Assembly: GCA_965655095.1 (NCBI GenBank)
Contig: OZ296657.1
Coordinates: 45,384,001-45,448,000, forward strand
DNA: 64,000 bases
DNA from: Haplodiscus bocki
Taxonomy: Eukaryota
Direction of reading: 5' to 3'
Shown: piece after piece, positions 38,300-48,205 of the stretch
Layout of the letters: each line of letters opens with the position of its first letter
How positions within the stretch are numbered: position 1 is the first letter of the stretch
Program-made: the position numbers and the translations under genes
The notes under the pieces: generated by a model
Seen by the model: only the letters and a program-made list of their open reading frames with translations
Database searches by the model: none
What the model was told of the DNA's origin: nothing

Positions 38300-40050
38300 T
38301 TTTAATTTGCTGAATCACTTTTCCTATTAATTTTTTGCATGTGCTGAATCTTGGGTCCCAGACACAGTTTTACACCCTGAAGAAGCTCTAATTTCGTCAC
38401 ATCCAGACCTTAGAGTTCAACCGAAATCTTTGATAAACTTTGGCTTGATTTTGTTGAGTTGCTGGATTTATTTTTTTTGTTCAAACTATATTGTTGGCAT
38501 ACGATAGACCCAATTCACAAAATTTCCATCGCAGGTATCGCAAAACAAGTATATGTTGATTATTCCAAGGCGTCAAAAGTGACTTTTGTAGGTACGCATT
38601 TCATGTGATAGGGATCCATAGAGCTTCCACAGTGAATTGCTGCGTCTCCTACCACACACGACCCCGTGGGTTTCCCGGTTCTACGATTTATCCTACAGAA
38701 AAAAATGGTTCCTTTGATGAAGTAGTCCCACATTTGTACTCCAGAAATTGCTACCACACGATAACTTTTATTCAGGAGTTATCCGTCATCGAATGATCTT
38801 CCTTTGAGATGTTGCCCTAGGAAGAACGTTTTTCTCTGTTCCTCAGAGATCTCTTCTTTCGAAGTAGCTACAGATCCATTTGAACTTTGCAATGGGCCTA
38901 TTGCGCAATCTCTCAATTGGAATACATGTCGAAATTATTGCTGAAAATCCATGCCTTTCCTGTAACTTAAGTTAGTTAAAGTTTCTCGCATCCACTCCGA
39001 CGACTTCTCAGATGAAAGGCACTTAAACTCATCTTTCGGAATATTAAGTCTTTCTCCATTCAAGTAATTGAAACAGTACTTAACATTGTTTCGGAGAGCT
39101 CTGAGTTTTGCACTTTTTTGAGATAGATTTTCAGACCAGAAAAGTTTGCTATGTCTGGAGATTCTTTTATAAGGAATGGCCCATCGTGTTGCTTCGGTAA
39201 TGTCGTCAAGTACACTTCTCCACTGCTCTATGGCGCTTGGGCATATAACTGCCTCAAGTGATGCATGCCATGGTATTCCTAACACGTTCTGCCAGGCTTC
39301 CCAGTCTGCTTTCTGCAACCACGGTTTGGAACTTTCTTCTTCCGTCATCCTACTTAGATTACATTTCACTATTAAAGGTATATGTCCACGTTGCGGCGGT
39401 CCCGTGAAAAGTTCGATATTTGGGTCAGTTGTCAGCTCGAGTCCTACGTGCGTAGCAGTTCTTCCACTTGCAACGCATAGATCTATAACACTCGAACCAT
39501 TGGATGACAGAAAAGTTGCTTCTCCGTTATTAAGGATGTTGTCTTCAGCAGAAAGATTTTCCAGAAGCAGATAACCGTTTGGATTACATATACTATCACC
39601 ACACAAGCAGTGTCTAGCATTTCAGTCTCCCAAGAACAACACTCCAACAAGGTTTTGCTGATCGTAGAAGTTTACCACTTTTTCTCTCTGTTCTTTAACT
39701 TTTTCCCTCAAAAAGGTTTCATTTGGTTTCAAGTATGCAGTACCGATTATAATCTCGGGTCCAGTCACCACCGTCAAAATCCAAATGATGTCATAGTCTT
39801 TCAGTTCAAGTTCAATTAAACGAGTCAAACTCAAGTCCTTACTTTTTATGATAGCATCGCCATCACTTCTCACACCACAACATGTTGATTCCGTAAACTA
39901 ATTTGCAGCGAATTCTTTATCTAATTTTCGTTTTGTTCCGTTGAAGCAAGAGATTGTCGGCTTATGTGTCTCAAGGTTGTTTTTAAAAGTCAGCCTCCTA
40001 TGCTCGGCAACGCCACCAATATTCAGCTGAATGAAGGCTAAATTTTTGTT
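38300..40050 (-). pseudogene. LINE ORF2: AP endonuclease and truncated RT
   Basis: FIQLNIGG start, GTAYLKP, FLGD*NARH..CNPNG, LNNGEATF..SSVIDL, RGHIPL (SDH position), LQKADWEAW, KLFWSENL. Confidence 0.8.
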
Positions 40051-41215
40051 AGTCAGTATGAGGAGTGGATTTTTCCAGTTCCCTAGATATCATAACTGCT
40101 TGTAATTGCTTGATGTATACATCACATTGGGTATAGTTGGCGGGGTGTTTTAGATTACACTTCGCACATTTGCTTTCTTGATTTTTGTTGGGGCAGTCCC
40201 TAAATAAATGATTTTCACTGCAGTGTCCACATTTCTCAGCTGATTGACATTTGGCACTGATGTGATCAAATTTATGGCATTTGAAGCATCTGACAATCTG
40301 TATCCCATTTTGCACGAAAGCTATTGTTTTATAATAGATAGAGTCGGGGAAAAGCCCTGGCTGCAGATCTTTTCCAAGACCTTTTTCAGACGTCAGCACA
40401 ATTTTGACTGTCCCAACTTTTGTCGAGTCTCTCATTACGAAAAGCGTTGCCTTCGTATCTGTGAACTGAGTATCCAAACATCTTTCAATCATTTCATCGG
40501 TAACGTCCAGCGGAACCTTCTTGATGATGACAGCACGATTTGTCTTCTCCGTTGAAATAGCTCTTCTAATCATCGTTGAATCAGCTAGAGACTCCGGTTT
40601 CTATTTCTCGAAAACTTCGTCCGCTTCTTCCCTTGACACAAACGCTAAATGAACGTTTCCTCTGGCTGTGTTGAGTACATGAATTAATTTTTTAAGTGGA
40701 AAAAGTTTAGCAAACTCTTTCTTGATTTGTATACTGTCTCTGAAGTTGAAGGTACTTGAAGCTATCAAAATGTGTTCAGGATTGCGTTGCGGAGTTAGGC
40801 AATTTTATGAGCCAGTTTGTAAGGTATGACTCGTTTGCCCCAGTGCTCAATCATAGCTTACTCCAGAAGTATTAGTTTGCGCTTGTGTTATTTGCTTAGC
40901 AGTTCTTTTTGCTGCTTCGTGTACTTCTTTAACAAGTTTTTCTGTAGTTTTGTCATGCTTCGCAATGGTTTGCTTTACTAGGTCTCTGACAGCTATCACT
41001 TTTTCATCAATCTCCGCTCTAAAGTCGGTAAGTTCCGTCTGTATGGTACTTTTCACTTAACAGCGAAATTTATCACAAAACCACATTGCGCCTTCTATTT
41101 GTTCTATCAATTCGATTTGCTCCTTGCAAACTTTTGCGTAGTGCTAGTGTGTCCATTTTTCGCATGCATGAGAAAAAAAAGATGGATCAGTGCCAATCAG
41201 ATTTGTGCAATTGAG
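40049..41215 (-). pseudogene. LINE ORF1 (PHD finger, coiled coil, three CCHC knuckles), disrupted
   Basis: RCFKCHKFDHISAKC / KCGHCSENHLFRDC / KCAKCNLKHPANYTQC in ORF 40049-40573. Coiled coil 40847-41056. PHD remnant HACEKWTH..GAMWFCDK at about 41070-41200. Confidence 0.8.
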
Positions 41216-44200
41216 ACACTTTCTCGTTTTATGTTTCTTGTTACGTTCACCTATTCCTCCCGGCACAAACTGGGTACCTACTAAGACACCGAAGTCCCTG
41301 AGGCTCCCAGTTTAAAAAAGGAGATTCTCTCGCACTGTGCGAATAAGTTTAATATCTGTACTGCTTTGGGGATGGATCGCTCCAAGATCTGCCGGAAAGT
41401 CTGGGTTGTTCCGTTTCCTCGTTGATGTTAGCCGTCTTTTAACGTCAAGTATGAGAATACCAGTTTCTCTGAGAGGATAGAAGATGTTGTGTTCTCCTTT
41501 TTTGATCAGAATCAGAGGGTTGAAATCCACTTGCAAAGCTATATCAATCGCCGGACTTTCAAAAATCCCGAAGGCTTGCCAATCGTATCCAGATGCCAGA
41601 ACACTACATTCTCTGAAATGACTTATTAAACAGCAATGACTTGCTATTTAATAAGTTGATCAGAACAATTAGGCTCTGCGCAAGGAGCTTATAGTTTTCC
41701 TTTCTTCTCTTGTATAGACGTTTGGGCTTTTTTTTCCAAAAAATCCGCTTCGCAAACCCTTTATGCCCTTGCACGATGAAGAAGGTTTTCAATTCAGTGG
41801 TAGTGGACCGATGAAGTGGTCGATACTTTTTCATTTTTCTGCTTGTTTTACTCTTTTCGTTTTGAAATGTTATCTCGTGATGCTGACTACAGGCAAGTTT
41901 GCTGTTCTTAGATCCTGGTAATTATTGGGTGTTCCGTCTCTTTGACAGAGAAAAATTGAACGTTTTCTCGAAAAAGGCTTCAATTGGTTTGCTAATTCTT
42001 TTCCCCTGTAGGGACATTCGTAGTTGTTCTGATGCGACGAGAAAGAGTTATTTATTGCGTCATGCCAAATAACATTCTTCGTTTTTCAATTTCTTTACAT
42101 AGAAAATAACCGACTTCGATCGTGTTGTTGTCTCCTCGTGGCAATTGAGACCAGGGATAGTTGTTAGAACAAGTCCTTTCCTCTTCAGTCTCTGCTTTGT
42201 TGACGATATTGTTGAAGTGTTATTTAAAAATGAACGCCGAACACTGACGCCGAGTGGGTCACGTGACTGAAAATTTTCGGATTTGAGCTACACTCCATTT
42301 CGGAGCTGTAAACGTTCGGAGCTGTGAGAGGACACCTCTCTCAAGTTGAACTGATCATCGTTTCTGTAGTTTGAAGTCGAAACTTCTAGAGCACAGATCC
42401 CAGATGAATGGCGGCACCGTCAAATTATTCCTCTATATCAAAACATGTAGCCGTAAAGGTTCGTATTCATAGCGTCTACTCAATAAGACGCTATTAAATA
42501 GATTTTAATTTACCGTTTTAATGATAATACCGATTTCAATTTTAATAATACCGTTTTGTATTGGTAGTATTGAAAACTTGGCAGAGAAAGTCAGAAACAC
42601 GAATGTTCCTTAATAAGGTTGTGGATCTCGCGTGACAAATTCCGGAACCACGCGCACGAATTATGTGTTTCAGTGTGGCAGTTGTACGTCCTTTTCATCA
42701 CTCAGAGATTGTTCACCCTTTTAATTTTGAGTATGCTGTCGTTTTTCCAGATAAATGTTACTGTTGAATGTTGATACATTCGAAAAGCTTTTGAATAAAA
42801 ACGCTCGTCTTCTGATTTCCAAGTTTTAAGGTTCCCGATTGGTGTTTGCCAATAAATTTATTAGCAATTGTTACGAATTAAACCTGTGATGACAAATTTC
42901 CAATAAAAGCTCTTGCAAGTGTTGAACCATAAATGTAAAAGATTAAAAAATTTTGAAATGCTCTGGACTATTCCTCGCCAAAATTTGTTCTCATAAAAGA
43001 AACCTAATGGTTTGTTCTGGTTGTGTAACATTGTTTCAGATGCTAAATGCAATTGTCTGGAAACTGTTTAGTAACATACGAGAGTGTTGCATGTTGAAAA
43101 CACTTAGTCTAAAGTTCAATGGAATCAATTTCTAGCGATTGGCATCTCCTGAACAGCGATGATTGTGACTCGACAGGGTCTCCCGTAAGTAAATAACAGA
43201 AAAACAACATTCCCTTTTCAGAGTCAGGTAACTGCTTCAATGTAGACATGTAAAATTCATGGTTCAAAGAATGTTTTTTTTAGTTTCCAATAGATTTCGA
43301 GTGGTAATTCAATCTGAGAGGTAAAGGTCAAAGCAAGTTGTTTCTGGGGGATGTGATTGCCCTGATACTTCTTCGATGTTAAAGTATTCAACTACTTGGC
43401 GAAAACATCCAAGAACCTGTCGGGTCCTTACAAATATCATGAATGAATTAAACGCCTGAAGTACTAGCAGAGAATTCTCAACCTTGTAAGCAGCAGCTTC
43501 ATGCCCTGATTTTGTTGTGTACCGGTGTTTCTTGTACCAATTATTTGTGATAATTCAACTCAAATTTACATTTGTTTACATTTTCAACGGTGATTTTGTT
43601 GGAGTGTAACATTAGTAATTGATCAACTTTTGAGTGCAATCAGATGATGGGCTTCTGGTGAGTCAAACAAATGTCAACATTATTGGAGTTTATTCGAGTA
43701 TTCACCAGAAATACGTATCATCCGAATCTTTCTTTCAATTACGGAATGGATCTTCTATCTAATTAATGTGCATGCATGCTAATAGTGATAATTTATGAGC
43801 CCTTTTTGAAAGGGTCAAAGAGTGAACTATGAAGGTCTCCATTCAAATTGTAAATTATAAAAATGTAAGTGAATGACGTAAGTATATGTTAGTGCATGGC
43901 TTTTGTTAGCCCTAAGGAGTTTTTGCCCTCAACGAGGGCTCGACCTGCCCGAGGACAGACCAAATCGCCCGTGAAAAGCCATGTGTGAACGATTTTTCCA
44001 CCGATGTGTGACGAACACCTTTCTAAAACTTTTCACTTGCTTGCTGTCGAAGTCAATTTCATTCATTCCTTTTTTGAGCACTTTAATAAAATTCTCTTTA
44101 ATAAAATGCATTCAAAAAACGTCTCAAGTTTCAGTAATGAGCTGTGTTTAACCTTTCAACTACTTTTGTCGTGCAAAATTTGGATATTTCACTTCTCAAT

Positions 44201-45456
44201 GGAATTTTTCAAAGAAATGGATGACTTTTTAGCAGCGAGAATTCCGTCTACGAAATTCGTAAATAAATAATTTGGCGGGCTTTAAATTACTAATTTAGGA
44301 ATGTATTCCGTATTTTGATCATGCACTGACTCATTTATGTTTTTTAAAAGTCACCGATCGGTGTAAAACTTCCCATTTAGATGTCGGAAGACGAGAGTTG
44401 CATGGAGCAGTTGGAGGCGGTGGCGGCTGAGGAAGATACGATGAACTGCCGCCTCCAATGGAGATCATCGCATGGTGGGCAGTTTGTGAATCTCATTGAA
44501 CAGCATCCGCGGAAAGCCTCTTCTACCTCCACCTCTATCCACTCGTGGACTACTAGTACTCAGTATTCTTTGTGAGTATTCTAACCCATCAATTTTTTAT
44601 GAATACGAGGCATAATTCAGTCAATTCACACTGAATTGAATTATGTATATTGATCGAGTCTAGCAAGTTTTTGGGCTAAAAAGTTCATTATCGGTGCAAT
44701 GCAGTAATCTAGTCCCTTGAAAGCTACTTTGACTTACAGTGGAGGTCCTTTACTCTCTTTCACTTGCCCAACGCCCGTGTGTCATTGGATTTTACCCAAA
44801 TCGCACAAATTGGTGTTTTCATTGCTGAAGTTTTGTTAGAAAGTTACCGCATCCGGTACAACTACCGAGCGAAAAACCTTGAAAATTAAATTCATTCTTA
44901 ATGAATTGATTATTCCTGTGTTCCATTTTCGCTTTCCTGGTTGTGCATCATTCCTTGTTCACTCATTCCTGCTTTCATTTCACTCGCTTTCCAATCCATC
45001 GTTGGAACAAACGAGAACCAATTAGAGTTCTCGGCTCTTTTCTTATCCACTGACGTCATTTCTATTCTGAATAACAACAACTGCAGCTTATATAGTGAAC
45101 AAAATATGCTGTTTTGACTTGTTCAGCTCCTCTCTTTGTATCAATCTCTACTAAAGACGACGTCACGTCGAGAATCCGAGCTGTTCAACGTTGATTTGAG
45201 CAAAATGACGTTCTCAGTTACTATAATATAGTAACTGCTTCTGTTTCTGCTTGTTCATTCGTTTGGAGCGAGAAGAAGGCTGCCCGTGAAAGTGCCTCGA
45301 GTCTAGAAATCTCAAAATTCGACCGCGCAATGAGAGTCTGGGAAGTTGTCTGAAGTATATCGAACTCATGGGGTGCGAAGAAAGTGTTTGAGGCGCTAGG
45401 TCTTCGCAGAATGTTAAACCTCCTACGTTGAGTTTTTTGAAAAAATCTCCGAAAGT

Positions 45457-45486
45457 ATCGCTTCTCGGCCTTTTGGCTAAGATCAA
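45457..45486 (+). ncRNA. U2: U2 snRNA, 5' fragment (nt 1-30), interrupted by retrotransposon
   Basis: ATCGCTTCTCGGCCTTTTGGCTAAGATCAA matches the conserved metazoan U2 5' end exactly. Confidence 0.95.
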
Positions 45487-47629
45487 CAACTTTGTGCCTC
45501 GTTTCCTAGAATTTCTGCACCGAATGGCGGCCATAGGCGAAACGCCAGATGTCTGGAGGAGATATAACACGATGCTCCTCTTCAAGAAACCGAGCGAATA
45601 TGTCCCGGGTCAAGAAAAGGTCCTGAAAAACTTCCGCCCCATTGCCCTATCGAATGTTTCATACAAACTCCTGGCAGCAATGCTCTGCAAACGTTTGGCA
45701 AAATGGTTGGAAGCCAATAAAGGGATTTCTTATTCGCAACGAGCAGTATTCTCAAGAAGAGGTGTACAGGAGAATACCTTAACAGTTGCCGAGGCACTGC
45801 GGGCCAAAAAGACAGTCATCTATCTGGACCTCAGCGATGCTTTTAACACGGCTGAACACCCCCTACTTCTCGAAGCCCTCAGACAATCCGGATGCCCGAA
45901 GTGGATAATGGACATCATCGCGTCGGTATACCGGCACTGCATAACCTCACCTGTAGACCTGTTTGGAAAGAAACTTGCTGGTGACGTACCTGTTTCTCGC
46001 GGGGTACGACAAGGATGTCCTCTCAGTTCACTACTCTTCAACCTTGTACTCGACCCAGTGTTGCAAGCTGCCTCTGGTCCAGGATCCTTTTGCCTAGGAT
46101 ATATGGACGATATTGCAATCATCGTCGATAACCCAGAAGACGTACCGCAAACACTAAGCCGAACAGTTGAAGTCGCCCAATCGCTAGGTTTCTCATTCAA
46201 CATCTCCAAATGTGGAATTGCCAATTACTCAAAGGAAGTCATGATAAATGCCTCACCCATACCGAAAGTAACTGACAGCAGAGCCTACAAATATCTCGGC
46301 ACAGAAACCTTTCCCAATACAACCGGTGGTCTTGATGCCTGTTTGCAGACAACATGGGAACTCGCAGAAAAGATAGAAGTGTCCGAGCTTACTCCCATGC
46401 AGAAAGTCCATGCTATACGAACAAAGGTGCTGCCCATGATGTATCACCTGGTCGAAAACTCACACACCACTCAAGAGAAGCTGCACAACATCAACAAGAA
46501 TCTACGAAAAATGACCAAACGACTGTGTTATCTCCCAGAACGAGCCTGTAACGCTTATGTCCATCTTCACCGCATGTATGGAGGGCCGGGCATACCTGAT
46601 TTTGTTGTCATGAAAGCAAGCTTGACCCTCAACGCGTTTATGAGAACCATGAATTTGAAGGATGACCTCGGTGTTAAGGTCAGACGGCTGATCCTCAAAA
46701 ATCAAACCTTACCTGAGCTCATAGAGACAATCAACAATGGAGGTCCAAGGGTGGGACTTTGCTTGCTTGCGAGAGAAGTGTGCGCAGCAAAGACACGAAT
46801 ACAGAAGTTCTTGAATAAAGACCTGACGTATCAGTTTCACGAATCAGGCGCTCTCGTGATGTACATCGACAACATGCTGTACAAGGAACCGGACCCCACT
46901 CTCAAACAATTAATCCGGAAACAAGGCCTCAAGAATCTCTGCAGCGCATCTAACCAAGGACGGTATTGGCAAGCACTCAGTACGAACCCATTCACCAGCA
47001 AGCTAATGTACAGTTTCCACACGAGAATGTGCGATTGGCGACACACGCATACAGCAAGATTGAATCTTACCCCCCTCAAAGCAAGCTTCAATTGGAGTAA
47101 CCGACGCGATGAAGCCTGCCGAAGATGCCAATTGGGTCGCGAAACTTTAAATCATGTCTTGAACAATTGCCCAGCCCATCGACGAGAAATAATACAACGT
47201 CATAACAACATTAGGGACAACTTTATTGAAAAACTCCCGAAAAACTTGAAGATTTTTCGCGAGCAACGTTTTGGAAACCTCCAGCCCGATGTAATTGTGG
47301 AAGATACCAAGAACAACAAAGCTTACATACTCGACGTTAAAGTATCTTCCGAGGATACATGCCAGTTCGCGGAAAATGAGTATCGCGTAAAAGAGAAGTA
47401 TGAACCCTTGCGACGAGCATATGAAATCAGAGGTACTCCGGCAACAACTTCTACAATACAGCTTGGCTGCCTCGGCTCCATAGCAAGGTCCTCTTGCAAC
47501 ATGATCCAGAGACTTCTCGGCAACAAGAGAAATGCAAGACGCCTCATTATTGAGTTCTCCTGTTACACCACACATACAGCCCGAAATCTCACAGTTCAAT
47601 TCTTCAGCGGAAAGGTGCAGAACTCGTAG
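45487..47629 (+). CDS. Reverse transcriptase + CCHC knuckle + restriction-like endonuclease, N-terminally truncated
   Basis: Uninterrupted frame with NFRPIAL, YLDLSDAF, GVRQGCPLSSLLF, YMDD, YKYLG, GGPGIPD, CRRCQLGRETLNHVLNNC, RHNNI, QPDVIV..ILDVKV, KEKYEPL. The first ~20 aa of the track ORF (from 45428) are flanking DNA and U2 sequence. Confidence 0.92.
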
Positions 47630-48033
47630 CACAAAACGGAACAAAACTCTTTCTGTACACCATGTTAGCTCACAGTGCGCGCAACCAAACAGTATTTCAA
47701 TTTACTGGCCAAAGGCAGACACAATAGCAATCTTTCAGAAGGGAGCCCTGTCTTTGAAGTTCCATCCCAAAAAAAAAGAGAAGAAAAATCCACAAAATCA
47801 ACGCACCCGAATTCCGCAAATACTTTGCAAAACACGGGCCCCCTGTTGGTTAGGTATGTGGATGGGGTAGCATTGGATGGGGGTGGCTGCCCCACCCGCA
47901 CGTGGCTCAAAACAAAAAAAAAACACTCTTTTTCTGATTTCTCGCTACTATTTGTAAATAGTTATCTATTTGGACACCGTCTGAGGTGACATTTGACCAT
48001 GTAATATCATTATTTATGCTAATTCAAATCTTT
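45487..48033 (+). mobile_element. 5'-truncated RLE-type non-LTR retrotransposon inserted in U2 snRNA (Utopia-like)
   Basis: Flanked by U2 nt 1-30 on the left and by U2 resuming at TATCTGTTCTT on the right. Single RT+RLE ORF and about 400 nt 3' UTR. No TSD or poly(A) seen. Confidence 0.9.
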
Positions 48034-48189
48034 TATCTGTTCTTGTCAGCTTAATATCTGGCATGCTAGGCACCGCCTAGCTCCAATATTAAACTGATTT
48101 TTGATCCTAGATCTTGACAAAGAAGCTTGCTTCAGTCGGATCACGGATTGTCCCGGTCTTACACTACCGCCGGGTACGGTCCATTCCCC
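48034..48189 (+). ncRNA. U2: U2 snRNA, 3' fragment
   Basis: TATCTGTTCTT; stem IIa TGTCAG/CTGGCA with pairing preserved; stem IIb GCTAGGC-ACC-GCCTAGC; Sm site ATTTTTG (about 48097); GAAGCTTGCTTC in stem III; CCCGGT-CTTACACT-ACCGCCGGG stem IV. Confidence 0.93.
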
Positions 48190-48192
48190 AAT

Positions 48193-48205
48193 GTTTGAAA
48201 CTTAG
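48193..48205 (+). terminator. snRNA 3' box
   Basis: GTTTGAAACTTAG just after the U2 3' end resembles the metazoan GTTT-N-AAA-NN-AG 3'-box consensus. Confidence 0.55.

Larger units (their letters stand above)
38000..42270 (-). mobile_element. Decayed LINE (Jockey/I-like group) with PHD + zinc-knuckle ORF1 and APE-RT ORF2; RT largely deleted
   Basis: See the ORF1 and ORF2 entries. Ends approximate. Confidence 0.75.

Noticed and set aside
44381-44575. Possible exon (tttag/ATG...ttt/gtgagt)
   Set aside because: Plausible splice signals, but no recognisable product and no linkable neighbouring exons.
45428-45486. N-terminus MSFLKKSPKVSLLGLLAKIN of the 733-aa ORF as a real protein start
   Set aside because: TTG start, and the codons are U2 upstream flank plus U2 nt 1-30 that happen to be in frame.
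45820-47644. Antisense ORFs (134, 165 aa and others)
   Set aside because: Shadows of the intact RT-RLE ORF.
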